Both the position numbers and the translations under genes were made by a program. Shown here piece by piece: positions 1 to 11,754 of a DNA stretch of 64,000 nucleotides (the first letter of the stretch is position 1; each line of letters opens with the position of its first letter). The notes below the pieces were generated by a model. The model was given only the letters and a program-made list of their open reading frames with translations. It searched no databases and had not been told where the DNA came from. The stretch is from an uncultured Chloroflexia bacterium (GTDB lineage: Bacteria > Chloroflexota > Anaerolineae > CG2-30-64-16), in assembly GCA_963774265.1 (NCBI GenBank), contig CAVZDU010000003.1:416001-480000 (forward strand), read 5' to 3'.

Positions 1-2116
1 TATTCATTGCCTTGACGAGCTCGAGCTTGGGCTGCACGTCGCTGTTCGTGATGGTGCAGGTCTTCTCGTCACCGGAATGGAGGGTGATCGTGCCGTCCGC
101 TGCGCAGTCGCCGGTCCAGGCGGACGCCGTGTAACCCGCTGGGCCGGTCTCGCTGGCGACATAGCTGCCAACCTTGAGGCCGGCGAAGGTGTTCCAGGCC
201 ACGTCCGTGCTGACCGCGCCATCCGAGACCGCAGCCTTGAAGTCAGCCGCGGTGGCTGTGCCGCCGTACTTGATGTCCATCATTTTGACCAGCTTGAGCC
301 TGGGCTGCAAGTCGCTGTTCGTAATGGTGCAGGTCTTCTCGTCGCCGGGCTGGAGGGTGATCGTGCCGTCCGCGTCGCAGTCGCCGGTCCAGTCGGAAGC
401 CGTGTAGCCCGCCGGGCCGGTTTCGCTGGCGACATAGCTGCCGGCCTTGAGGCCGACGAAGGTATCCCAGGCCACGTCTGTGCTGGTGGCAGCGCCACCC
501 GACACCGCAGCCGTGAAGTCGGCCGCGGTGGCTGTGCCGCCGTACTGGATGTTCATCATCTTGACGAGCTTGAGCCTGGGCTGGATGTCGTCGTTGGTGA
601 TGGTGCAGGTGATGTCGTCGCCATAGTTGATCGCGACCCGGCTATCCGTGACGACAACCTCGTCGGTGGTTCCGGTCTTCACACAGGTCCATGCGCTGGC
701 AGTGTAGCCATCAGGGACGACAGGGTCGCTCCCCACGTATGTCTCGCTCAGCGTATAGGTGTCGAGCTTGAAGTTCGGCCACAAGACAGCGCTGTCGACC
801 GGCGACGTCCCTGTGAGGTCGGTGGGTTCGTCGGTGCGGGCGCCCGCAGCCCCGAGCGTCCAGTCCGCCACGACAGCCGTGCCGCCGTCATCGTTGGACA
901 CCTCCTTGACCAGGTGCAGCTGCGGAATGGCCCGGTTGGTAAAGATGCAGATGACATCGTCATCGGGCTTGAGGGGCAGGTTCACGGGTCCGGGTCCGGC
1001 GCCCGAGGCGAACGCCGCGGTTTCATCGTTTTTGGTGCAGGCGTAGGAGATATCGTAGGCGCTGAGGTCGGTGCCTATGTCGGTGCCTGTGTCGGTGCCT
1101 GTGTCGGTGCCGGCGCCCGTGCCGGGATGCGCCGCCTCGCCCACCGTGTGATCCGCGCCAGGAGCTGACTGCGTGCCGGCGCTCACCGCAATGCGTCCCG
1201 TGGAGCCTCCGTCGCCGACGCCAGCGCTCCCCGAGGCAACTGCGCCGTCGATGAGCAGGTCGAACAGCCCCGGATTGCTCTGGGGGATCAGGTCCTTGAC
1301 GACCTCAAGGTGAGCGACCTTCGGGACGGTCAGGCCGCTGATTGGAACATAGGAGCAGTTGCACTTCGCCTTGTTGTTCGGTTTGGTATCCGTGACCGAT
1401 AGGCAGACGGTGCTCGCGTTGGCCTGGTTGTCCCAGCTCACGCAGGTGCTGACATCGGCAACTCCGTCTGCACCGGGTTTGCCGTCCGCGCCCCCGTTAT
1501 CCTGGCATATCACGTCGACCGGCACTGGACCGGTATCTGCATAAGCTCCGGCAACCAGTAGCTCGCCGACATCGCGGAAAGTGTGTTCCCCCTGCTTGAT
1601 GTCGCCGCACAGGTCCCCCGCGTTTTCCGCGGTCAGGAAGGGTCCGCCGCCGGTGTAGACGGGCTGGCCGCCCTCTGCGGGCGGGGTGAACAGCTTGCCC
1701 GGGTCATAGCCGGTGCTCGCCAGCGGGGGCGCCAGGTAGTCCCGGTAACACATGCCGGTGAGCGCGTTCCCGCCGTCCTGCGCGATGAACAGGCCGATGT
1801 CGTAGCGTTCATGGGCGCCCCCCACCAGCTCGGCCTGCAGCTTAACCTGGAGTTTTTCGCCGGGCAGGCACTCTTCAGGGCCCTCGACCAGGTTGTACTG
1901 GCTGACGCGAACGTCTTCCGCCGTGCAGTTGAGCTTATCGGTATCGCTGAAAACGTCTTGCATGCAGTTCCCCGCAGCAGCGGCCTCTGGCACCGCCGGA
2001 GCAAGGGGGGCCGGGGCAACGGTGACCGCAGCGCATCCTGCGCACAGCAGGGTCGGAATGAGGAAAAGAATCCAGGCACGCCTGGTTGCGGGAAATCGTC
2101 GGGTGGGGAGTTGCAT
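1..2116 (-). CDS. Large secreted/surface protein with tandem prealbumin-like (SpaA-type) repeats; 3' end runs off the window
   Basis: Not in the ORF track because there is no stop in the window. ATG at 2116 follows an AAGGAGG RBS. Hand translation gives MQLPTRRF...WILFLIPTLLCAGC (signal peptide), a Cys-rich region, then ~91-aa repeats 'PRLKLVK...GGTATAADF...TITLxxGDEKTCTITN' with a 273-276 bp period. Confidence 0.8.
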   Translation of the reverse strand, partial: MQLPTRRFPATRRAWILFLIPTLLCAGCAAVTVAPAPLAPAVPEAAAAGNCMQDVFSDTDKLNCTAEDVRVSQYNLVEGPEECLPGEKLQVKLQAELVGGAHERYDIGLFIAQDGGNALTGMCYRDYLAPPLASTGYDPGKLFTPPAEGGQPVYTGGGPFLTAENAGDLCGDIKQGEHTFRDVGELLVAGAYADTGPVPVDVICQDNGGADGKPGADGVADVSTCVSWDNQANASTVCLSVTDTKPNNKAKCNCSYVPISGLTVPKVAHLEVVKDLIPQSNPGLFDLLIDGAVASGSAGVGDGGSTGRIAVSAGTQSAPGADHTVGEAAHPGTGAGTDTGTDTGTDIGTDLSAYDISYACTKNDETAAFASGAGPGPVNLPLKPDDDVICIFTNRAIPQLHLVKEVSNDDGGTAVVADWTLGAAGARTDEPTDLTGTSPVDSAVLWPNFKLDTYTLSETYVGSDPVVPDGYTASAWTCVKTGTTDEVVVTDSRVAINYGDDITCTITNDDIQPRLKLVKMMNIQYGGTATAADFTAAVSGGAATSTDVAWDTFVGLKAGSYVASETGPAGYTASDWTGDCDADGTITLQPGDEKTCTITNSDLQPRLKLVKMMDIKYGGTATAADFKAAVSDGAVSTDVAWNTFAGLKVGSYVASETGPAGYTASAWTGDCAADGTITLHSGDEKTCTITNSDVQPKLELVKAMN
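1067..1111. repeat. 12-bp tandem repeat (GTCGGTGCCTRT, ~3.75 copies) encoding GTDT/GTDI in the surface protein
   Basis: Read directly; in frame with the minus-strand CDS. Confidence 0.85.
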
Positions 2117-2177
2117 TGGGTCCTCCTTAAACTGCTCCGGGAACTTTGACTTGTGGTTACCAGTAAATACTATATCA

Positions 2178-2206
2178 ATTATCGCGCGGGAGCCACGCAT
2201 TGTCAA
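2178..2206 (-). promoter_or_regulatory. Sigma70-type promoter of the surface-protein gene
   Basis: Minus strand reads TTGACA-17 bp-GATAAT, ~60 bp upstream of the ATG at 2116. Confidence 0.6.
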
Positions 2207-2250
2207 TAGTGAAAGAGAGATTGATTTTGAACCATTGCATGATTTCCGGA

Positions 2251-2404
2251 AGGGGCGCACACGGTAGGGGCGCACACGCGGTGGGGGCGCACACACGGTG
2301 GGGGCGCACGCGCGGTGGGGGCGCACACGCGGTAGGGGCGCACGCGCGGTAGGGGCGCACCTGTGTGCGCCCCCGGGGGGGCCGACACGCAGGTCGGCCC
2401 CTAC
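2251..2404. repeat. REP array: ~7 tandem 17-bp half-REPs (GGTRGGGGCGCACRCRC) followed by an inverted REP doublet
   Basis: Full REPs are GTAGGGGCGCACCTGTGTGCGCCC (+, 2349-2372) and GTAGGGGCCGACCTGCGTGTCGGCCC (-, 2379-2404). Confidence 0.85.
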
Positions 2405-2682
2405 GGCGTCTGCGCCCGGTACGCAGCAGCGCATGCGTGCCGCGCCAGGATCGAGCCGTACCCTTCATCCTGCCTTAGCGGGCTGCAGGAACGGCTAATT
2501 CCCCCTGGCGCGCTGCTGAAGGAGGTCGGCAACACCACGATCGATATCGAGGAACTATGCGAGGCACTGGCCCGGTGAGCGGGCCTGCGGTGCTCACCCT
2601 TTCCTGACGAAACCCCCGGGGTGCTGAGGTCTTTTCTGATTTTCGAGCGCGGCATCTTCGACAAGGGATTCGGTGAAGCGGG

Positions 2683-3309
2683 TCATGGTTTCAGGCCTCC
2701 GCGGGTGTACACCGCCGGGTTCTCGCGATCGAGCGCCCATCGCAATGGATTCTCATCGATGTAGCGCCTGATGCGGACTAACGCCGCATCATCCCGGATG
2801 ACATGGTCGTAATAGTTCCGCTGCCATAGTTTGCCAGGGAAGGGCGACCACCCCATTGTCTTAACGCCGCGAATGTATTCGTTCGTGGTCATTGTTTTGA
2901 ACCATTGCATGATTTCCGGTACGCCCGGGGGGCCGACACGCAGGTCGGCCCGTACGGGGTGTGCGTCCGGTGCGCATGGGGGGCCGACACGCAGGTCGGC
3001 CCCTACGTCGTTTGCGCCCGGTACGGCGGGCGCCGTGACAATCGCGATGATGCCATGGAAATGGTTTGGCATCACCACGAATGCATCTGTGTTGACATGG
3101 GGGAATTTGATCTCCAGTTCCTGCCACCAACGTTCAACCATGTGCCCGGCCTGGTTCAGGGCGATTTCGCCGGTCGGCGTCACATCACCCAACAGACATT
3201 CGCGCCCCTGTGTGCACACGGTGACGAAATACGCACCGGCCTGAGCGTAATCATAGCCGGGTAGACGCAGCGAACGGCGATGATGGTTGTCCGAATCGTA
3301 GGCCATCAT
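2683..3309 (-). CDS. rayT: REP-associated tyrosine transposase (RAYT, Y1/HUH IS200-like)
   Basis: Motifs RRSLRLPGYDY, YFVTVCT, VMPNHFHGI (HUH), WQRNYYDHVIR and YIDENP; flanked by GTAG REPs. Confidence 0.92.
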   Translation of the reverse strand: MMAYDSDNHHRRSLRLPGYDYAQAGAYFVTVCTQGRECLLGDVTPTGEIALNQAGHMVERWWQELEIKFPHVNTDAFVVMPNHFHGIIAIVTAPAVPGANDVGADLRVGPPCAPDAHPVRADLRVGPPGVPEIMQWFKTMTTNEYIRGVKTMGWSPFPGKLWQRNYYDHVIRDDAALVRIRRYIDENPLRWALDRENPAVYTRGGLKP

Positions 3310-3312
3310 GTT

Positions 3313-3402
3313 TCATAGCCCGCGGGCCATCTCCTCCAGGGTTGTGTTGATGCGTCGGTTGAGCCCGATCTTTTCGTCCAGCGTGCCGAGGATGTGGTCG
3401 AT
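3313..3402 (-). pseudogene. Fragment of type I restriction specificity subunit HsdS
   Basis: IDHILGTLDEKIGLNRRINTTLEEMARGL matches the conserved HsdS helix (IAxILxxLDDKIELNRxxNxTLEEMAxAL). Confidence 0.7.
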
Positions 3403-3435
3403 CCCGGCCGACATGCGAACCCCCGGCATGTCCTC

Positions 3436-3650
3436 GTAGGGGGCGACCTGCGTGTCGCCCCGCGTGTGTGTCGTCCCGCGTGTGTGTCGTCCCGCGTGTG
3501 GGGCGGACACGCAGGTCCGCCCCTACCCGTGCCGGTTTCGAATCGCCCCGCGTGTGTGTCGCCCCGCGTGTGGGGGCGGACACGTAGGTCCGCCCCTACC
3601 TGCGCCGGTTTCGGATCGCCCTGGGGCGGACACGTAGGTCCGCCCCATAC
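3436..3650. repeat. REP array: four GTAG/GTAT hairpin REPs interleaved with 16-bp CCCGCGTGTGTGTCGY repeats
   Basis: GTAGGGGGCGACCTGCGTGTCGCCC (+, 3436-3460) and three minus-strand GGGGCGGACCTRCGTGTCCGCCCC copies (~3500-3526, ~3574-3599, ~3623-3650). Confidence 0.85.
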
Positions 3651-3811
3651 GGGAACGGATGTTACCACTAACTGCAATGACGGTAAAGACAAAATTGTCG
3701 CCTACACACTTGAAGCCAGTATCCTGCGGGCATAGGATGTGCATCTCGGCAAGAAACGCTATGGGCAGGGGAAGCCCTGGCGCAGGCGCTCGAGGCAAGA
3801 GGGAGTGATAC

Positions 3812-4375
3812 ATGGCCAAGTTGATCTACGGAATGATCACGTCGTTGGACGGGTACACCGAGGACGAGCGCGGCGACTTCGGATGGGGCGCTCCCGACGA
3901 GGGCGTACATTCTTACATCACCGAGCTCGCGTCATCGGTCGGCACCTACCTGTACGGGCGGAGGATGTACGAGACGATGGTCTACTGGGAAACAGCGGAC
4001 GCGATTCCCGACCAACCGCAGTTCATTCTCGACTGGGCGCGGCAGTGGCAGGCAGCCGAGAAGATCGTTTACTCCAGAACCCTCGCTAAACATCGCAGTG
4101 CACGGACGCGGATCGAGCGGGAGTTTGATGGCAATGCAGTCCGACGCCTCAAAGCTGATAGCCCGCACGACCTTTCCGTTGACGGTCCTGAACTCGCCGC
4201 GCAGGCGATTCGCTCGGACCTTGTCGATGAGTTTCAGATGATTATTTGCCCTGTAATCGTGGGGGGCGGAAAGCGGTTCTTCCCGGAGGGTGTGCGGCTG
4301 GACCTGGAACTCATGGAGGAACGTCGGTTTGGCAACGGCGTGATTGTTCTGCGTTACGCTGTCCGCCGCGACTGA
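3812..4375 (+). CDS. Dihydrofolate reductase/RibD C-terminal family protein
   Basis: Motifs MITSLDGY, YLYGRRMYE, LVDEF..ICPVIVGGGKRFF. Confidence 0.9.
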   Translation: MAKLIYGMITSLDGYTEDERGDFGWGAPDEGVHSYITELASSVGTYLYGRRMYETMVYWETADAIPDQPQFILDWARQWQAAEKIVYSRTLAKHRSARTRIEREFDGNAVRRLKADSPHDLSVDGPELAAQAIRSDLVDEFQMIICPVIVGGGKRFFPEGVRLDLELMEERRFGNGVIVLRYAVRRD

Positions 4376-4417
4376 CGTTCACAATTCGAAACGCGCAGAA
4401 ACCACGACCTTGACCTA

Positions 4418-4446
4418 TTGACGGCGGTCGCGCGGTGCCCTATAAT
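4418..4446 (+). promoter_or_regulatory. Sigma70-type promoter
   Basis: TTGACG-17 bp-TATAAT, 50 bp upstream of the ATG at 4497. Confidence 0.7.
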
Positions 4447-4496
4447 TCGAGCCAGCTCTGGGACGCACGGGGAATAATTTGCCAAGGAGAGCCGCT

Positions 4497-6439
<1,943 letters not shown>

Positions 6440-6464
<25 letters not shown>

Positions 6465-7579
6465 GGTCTCCTCTGATCTTCAGATGTCGGAATTTTCGAC
6501 ATTTGCCCGGGCGTATTGCACATTCCGGCGGGATCGCCCGGAGCCGCGATACGACCGGGCGCTTTGGCGGGACGGATAGCGGTGACAGTGATCTGCGCCA
6601 GGGCGCGGGTAAGGCTTCCGGCGGACAAGGCTGGGCCGACGTTTGGAAAAAGTCGTGCTTCGCGTGGGAGTACAAGGGCAAGCACATCAATCTGGATAAG
6701 GCGTATGTGCAGCTCCTGATGTACTACGGTTCGCTCGATAATCCCCCGATTCTCATCGTCTCCGACATCGACACCATCCGCATACACACGCACTTCACGA
6801 ACACTGTGCGGAAGGTCGAGATCATCACGCTGGATGACCTGCTGCGGCCCGATAAGCTGGATCATGGCGCACGGTCTCGACCAGCAGCCATTCGTAACTA
6901 TCATCCCGGGCTGGCGGTCGGCCGCGCTCGAATCATTGCCGCGGAGGCGGCTGTGGCAGCCCTGGCAGGTCACCTGCGTACGCGTCTCGTTCAACCACAT
7001 GATATCCACGCGCCCGTCTGTGTGGTGCCCCTCGTGACAGTCGACGCACCTGGCCGCGTTGGGGTCGATGCCTTGCCACTGGCTCAGGAAGTAATGAAAA
7101 TGGTTCTCCATGGTGCGCTCGCCGGCGATCTGCGCGTGGCATTTGATGCAGTTGGCATCCGCCAGGAGGACGGTGATCTGAGCTGGCTGGACGGCGGTGT
7201 GGGTAACCCAGGCCAGCGCGTTGTGTGCGCCGAGCAGCTCCGCGCGGACGCGGCCGTCGACGCCCGGCCCAGAGTGACAGTCGATGCACCTCACGGACTT
7301 GGCGTGGTGCGCCGAGGCGAGATCGGTGACCGCGCTGGTCTCCCGGCCGAAGAAGGTCGTCTCGGGCTGCGTGTGGCACGAGGCGCAAAAGGGATCCCGC
7401 TGCTCCTGCGTTGCCGCAAAGGTGAAACCACCCGCGGTCAATAGGATAGCCGCTGCGAAGGCGATCGCCAACACGATGACAAGGCGCGGGATTTTGCGGC
7501 GCGGTTCGGGTTTAGCCTGCAGAGCAGGTCTGGGGCGAGAACCAGTGGTGGGCACAGGGCACCTCACAGATGACGGCAT
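6440..7579 (-). CDS. Membrane-anchored pentaheme cytochrome c (NapC/NirT-like); functional part ~6935-7579
   Basis: One N-terminal TM helix and five CxxCH motifs (CASCH, CIDCH, CIKCH, CVDCH, CQGCH). The tail below ~6935 is read-through antisense to the RM fragment. Confidence 0.8.
6599..6864 (+). pseudogene. N-terminal fragment of an MmeI/YeeA-like type IIG restriction-modification enzyme
   Basis: GWADVWKKSCFAWEYKGKHINLDKAYVQLLMY..LDNPPILIVSD..IRIHTHFTN; no methyltransferase core follows. Confidence 0.7.
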
Positions 7580-7679
7580 GGTTTTGTGATGGAATGCACG
7601 CTGAGTGAGATGTTACCACCGGCACTGTCGGATCGCAAGCGCGCGCAGGACTTGCACAGGGCGAAGTCATGTTTGCCGG

Positions 7680-7958
7680 CCGCCTGGGCGGGTCCGGCAC
7701 AGTTGGAGCAGGTCTGGCGCGGCCACTGGACCATCAAGAATCGCCTGCACTCCGTGCGGGACGAGACCTTCGGTGAAGATCGGTGTCAAGTACATACCGG
7801 CACCGCTGCCCAGGCCCTGGCGGCCATTCGCAACGCCGTCGTCTCCACCCTGCGCTTCCACGGTTGGAGCAATCTCGCCGCCGCCACCCGCTGCTACGCA
7901 GCCCATCCGCAACGTGCTCTGCGACTGTTGGGGGCTATTGCACTATGAAATCACCCTG
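7680..7958 (+). mobile_element. ISAs1-family IS remnant (transposase C-terminus and right end)
   Basis: RGHWTIKNRLHSVRDETFGEDRC..GTAAQALAAIRN; ends in ...GAAATCACCCTG (CAGGG terminus typical of ISAs1); 5' part missing. Confidence 0.8.
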
Positions 7959-8051
7959 GTTTCCAATTGTCGCCTGACACACTTGAAATCAGTGTCCTGA
8001 GCGGATAGGATGTGCTGCGCGGCGACAAACGACACGAGCAGTGGAGGGATC

Positions 8052-8540
8052 ATGACAGAGCATCAGTTTTTCACCGACCTCCCTAAGGGCTGGGAGGCTT
8101 ATCAGCAGCTGCTGATCGACGCCATCCGTCCGCTAACCGCGGAGCAGTTGGCATTGCGGGTTGGGCACGATTTGCGCCCGGCCGGTATGATCGCAGCCCA
8201 CATCGTTGGGGCACGCGTGCGCTGGCTCCGGCGGGTGCTCGGAGAAGGTAACGAGGACCTGGAGCGTTGGGCGCGCTGGGACCGCCAAGGATCGCTTATC
8301 CCCAGCGGGGAAGAACTGTCGCAGGCGCTTGAGGCAAGCTGGCAGCCACTGAAGGCTGGGCTGGAGCGTTGGAAGCCCGGCGATTACGAGCACACGTTCA
8401 CACTCGAGGAGGACGGCCAGACGGAAAGTCTCACCCGGGGATGGGTTGTCTGGCACCTGATAGAGCATGACTTGCACCACGGTGGCGAGCTCTCACTGCT
8501 GCTCGGCTCGCACGGATTGCGGGGCGTCGAGCTCCCTTGA
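8052..8540 (+). CDS. DinB family protein
   Basis: IAAHIV and WHLIEHDLHHGGE His triad; GGAGG RBS. Confidence 0.85.
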   Translation: MTEHQFFTDLPKGWEAYQQLLIDAIRPLTAEQLALRVGHDLRPAGMIAAHIVGARVRWLRRVLGEGNEDLERWARWDRQGSLIPSGEELSQALEASWQPLKAGLERWKPGDYEHTFTLEEDGQTESLTRGWVVWHLIEHDLHHGGELSLLLGSHGLRGVELP

Positions 8541-8557
8541 CTACGGAAGGCGCGCAG

Positions 8558-9216
8558 ATGCAACATACTAAACCCGACGGCTACCTCGCCGTTCCCCCCA
8601 CCGGCAAAGGCAACGGCGTGTTGGTCCTCCACGCCTGGTGGGGGCTGAACGACACGATGAAGGCTTTCTGCACGCGACTGGCCGAATCCGGTTTCGTCGC
8701 CTTCGCCCCAGACCTCTATCATGGCAAGGTCGCAGACAACATTGCCGGCGCCGAAACCCTCAGCGGATGCGCTGGATGCAAACTCAGACCAGGCCAGGGC
8801 CGACATCGCAGATGCAACAATGTTCCTCGACGAACATACCGGCCAGGCCGACCGCGGCCTGGCGGTGATTGGCTTCTCGCTGGGCGCCTATTACGCGCTG
8901 GATCTCTCGGTCGACCGCTCCCGAGCACATCCGATCCGTCGTCATCTTTTACGGGACCGGGCCAGGTGATTACAGCAGCTCGAAAGCAGCCTACCTCGGT
9001 CACTTCGCAGAGACGGATGAGTTTGAGCCGCAATCCGACGTCGACAACCTGGAGGAATCCCTGAGGCGTGCTGGCCGCCCGGTGACTTTCTATCGTTACA
9101 GCGGCACGGGACACTGGTTCTTTGAACCTGACCGCTCGCAGGCATACAACCCGGCGGCAGCGAGCCTGGCGTGGGATCGAACCCTGGCCTTCCTGAGGCG
9201 TTCTTCCCCCTTGTGA
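8558..9216 (+). CDS. Dienelactone hydrolase family protein (two frameshifts, probably sequencing indels)
   Basis: VLVLHAWWGLN, APDLYHG, GFSLG, HFAETD and GHWF..YNPAAASLAW spread over three frames. Confidence 0.85.
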
Positions 9217-9294
9217 GCCCAACCCATGCGCGGCCAGAATTGATGCTGATGTTGAAGCGGAGGCCAAGGTGCCTTTCGCTGCAGCGCGTAGGCT

Positions 9295-10065
9295 TCAAGC
9301 GCTGTGGCCTGGGATATGAAACCCGCGCTTGGCGAATTGATCGAGAATTTCCTGGGGCGCGGCGTCCCATTGACCCGTTTTCCTGGAGATGTGTTCGGTC
9401 CAACTGTAGCTCGAATAGGTGTGCGTCTCCCGGCGCCCGTCTTCGAGCGGGATCTTGGCGCGCTGCCCCCGGTAGTAATCTTGCGCCAGGTAGCCTTCGT
9501 CCATGGTCCGCATGGCGTCCTCGATCGCCGCATCGTCAGGGTCCGGGTAGGCGTCCTCGAACAAGGTGAACGCCAGCGGGTAGCGCGGCCGCGGGGGGCG
9601 TTCCTCAGCCGGGTAACCCATCGCCAGTTGCACCAACGGAAAGACGCGCGGGGGCAGCTTGTACTCGGCTGCGATCTTGTCTGCGATGTAGGGCGCCCCG
9701 CCGAGGAAGCAGCTCCCCAGCCCCAGGCTTTCCGCAGCGATCACCAAGTTTTCGCCTACCAGCGCGGCATCCTGCATCCCGAACATCAGCACAGACAGGT
9801 CGTTGGAGACCATGGACCAGCCCCGCCGCGCCATGATCAGCTCGTGCCGGTGCGAATCAACGCAGATCGTAAAGAGCAGCGGCGCGTGAAATGGATTGCG
9901 ACCCGCATGGCGTTTCAGCAGCAGGCTGCAAAGCTGATAGGCGAAGGGGGCCTGCTGGCCGGCCCGCACGATGGTCTCCACTACCTCATCAGGCGGTTGC
10001 TCGGCCCGGTACTTGCGGATGGACTTGCGGTTAAGAAGCGTGTCAATCACCGGATTGGTCAGCAT
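9295..10065 (-). CDS. Nitroreductase family (NfsA/FRP-like) oxidoreductase
   Basis: RKSIRKY, DAAL..NL.IAAESLGLGSCFLG, LAMGYP..RPR. Confidence 0.9.
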   Translation of the reverse strand: MLTNPVIDTLLNRKSIRKYRAEQPPDEVVETIVRAGQQAPFAYQLCSLLLKRHAGRNPFHAPLLFTICVDSHRHELIMARRGWSMVSNDLSVLMFGMQDAALVGENLVIAAESLGLGSCFLGGAPYIADKIAAEYKLPPRVFPLVQLAMGYPAEERPPRPRYPLAFTLFEDAYPDPDDAAIEDAMRTMDEGYLAQDYYRGQRAKIPLEDGRRETHTYSSYSWTEHISRKTGQWDAAPQEILDQFAKRGFHIPGHSA

Positions 10066-10135
10066 CGGATCCTCCTCGGTTATGAACCCGTTATAAGTCC
10101 AAACTGCTCGAACGTCAAGCGGTTGCCGCGCTGAT

Positions 10136-11754
10136 CAGCAATTCTGAATTTGGCATGGCTCCAAGCCGGTGAAGTCAAGGTCGGAGGTAGCCGGGGGCTG
10201 CCTGCGTGCGGGTGGACAGCCGCGGTGGCAGATTGAGGGCCGGAAAGAGGCGGGTCGGGCGGCCGGGAGTGGAGCTGGCGGCACTGGGCGCTGGCGCTGG
10301 ACAGGCGACAGCCTCCGACCGGGGCCGGGATCAATGGGCGGTCAGGCCCACCGGGCATTAGGCGGGGGCGGCGGACCCAACTCCAGTTGGCGATACATGA
10401 AGCTCAGCAGGTGCTGGAAGCTGCGCCAGTACAGGTAGGTCGTCAAGCCCCGCAGGTCATCGAAGAACTTGCGCCGGGTGCGCAGCTTCTGGCGGATGGC
10501 CTGGTACATCAAGCAGGCCAGGTCGAGGGCCGTGTGGAAGAGGAAGGCCAGCAGCAGCAGGCTCAGCAGCACGGCGGAGAGGTGCTGGTCGCCATGCCCG
10601 TAGTTGTGCTCGAAATGGTAGCCGCGCTGCTTGAGCACGTTGATGCCCTCGTTCTCCACCTTCCAGCGGCTGCGCCCATCCTGGGCCACGGCCTCGACCG
10701 TCGTTTCGTCCAAAGCATGGTCGGTGAGCCAGGCGTTGTGATACAGCTGCTCACCGCTCTCCTGGTTGATCAGCCGCAGCTCACACCAGTTGACCTTGAG
10801 CGCGTCCGGCCCCTCGCGGATCGGCAACTCACTCGCCCAGCGATACTGCCAGACCTCATGATGGCGACCGTTCCAGCGCCGGATGCGCTTGCTTCCCACG
10901 GCCCCCTCGACCCGCTCCAGCAGCTGCAGCTCCTCGTAGAGCGCCGGGTGCGAGTCGGGCTTGCAGGTGAGGATGAAGTGCAGCTGGTGATCCAACAGTA
11001 ACTGACAGACCGGCTGGTGCGCATGCAGATCGTCGGTCAAGACGGTCGCACTCCAGGGCGCAAAGCGCCCGGCATGCTGCTTCACCCAGCGCTTGATGGC
11101 CTGCTGCTCGCAGTCCTGTTTCTCTGCCCCGTCCTGCGGCGTGATGAACTCCGGCGGCAGACAGACCACGTGCGGCTGTGCGGGCGCGCCCACCACTGCC
11201 AGCAACACTTGATGCGCATAATAGGTCCGTCCGTCGCGCACCGTCACCCGGCAGTTGTCACAGTGCACCTTCTGCGACGCAAAGTACTGCGTGCCGTCCA
11301 GCGACACCAACTGAGTACCAGTCGCACCGTGATAGTCCCGCAGCGCCCCACGCCGGGCCAGCAGTTCGTAGCTCGCCCAAAAGGGTTCGCCCAGCAGGAC
11401 CGGATCGACTGGATCGAGCAGGTTGCGAGTCTGCCCATCGCTGGGAATCTCCGCCACCCCAAACAGGCTCTTGGCGTTATTGCGCCCGTGGTTCTCCTGC
11501 ATGTTCGTTTGGTAGGCCAGAAAGGAGGGCTCCTGCATGAAGAACACCGAGAAAGCCGCTAGCCCGGCATCCGCAATCGCATAGTGCCCGTTCTCACCCC
11601 GCCGATGCTCCGGAATCCGTTCCAGACTGGCCCGCAAAAACCGCAGCAACTCGCTGAACTTCACCTGTTTCCCACCCATGCCTCGCCCCACCTCACGCCG
11701 GATTCGCTGGCTCACCTCCCAGTCTACCACTCCCCGCCATATTTAGAATTGCTG
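10136..11754. mobile_element. Complete ISNCY-type insertion sequence (1619 bp) with 9-bp target-site duplication CGCGCTGAT
   Basis: Ends are CAGCAATTCTGAATTTGGC and (reverse complement) CAGCAATTCTAAATATGGC, 17/19 identical. CGCGCTGAT occurs at 10127-10135 and 11755-11763. Confidence 0.93.
10342..11730 (-). CDS. DDE transposase (ISNCY family)
   Basis: SLDGTQYFAS..HC..C, KQDCE, TDDL, GRSRWKVENE, YHFEHNYGHG. Confidence 0.92.
   Translation of the reverse strand: MVDWEVSQRIRREVGRGMGGKQVKFSELLRFLRASLERIPEHRRGENGHYAIADAGLAAFSVFFMQEPSFLAYQTNMQENHGRNNAKSLFGVAEIPSDGQTRNLLDPVDPVLLGEPFWASYELLARRGALRDYHGATGTQLVSLDGTQYFASQKVHCDNCRVTVRDGRTYYAHQVLLAVVGAPAQPHVVCLPPEFITPQDGAEKQDCEQQAIKRWVKQHAGRFAPWSATVLTDDLHAHQPVCQLLLDHQLHFILTCKPDSHPALYEELQLLERVEGAVGSKRIRRWNGRHHEVWQYRWASELPIREGPDALKVNWCELRLINQESGEQLYHNAWLTDHALDETTVEAVAQDGRSRWKVENEGINVLKQRGYHFEHNYGHGDQHLSAVLLSLLLLAFLFHTALDLACLMYQAIRQKLRTRRKFFDDLRGLTTYLYWRSFQHLLSFMYRQLELGPPPPPNARWA

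Noticed and set aside
77-1168. 363-aa plus-strand ORF
   Set aside because: Antisense shadow of the minus-strand surface-protein gene.
2251-2360. 17-bp tandem array as a CRISPR array
   Set aside because: No unique spacers and no cas genes; the units are half-REPs linked to the RAYT.
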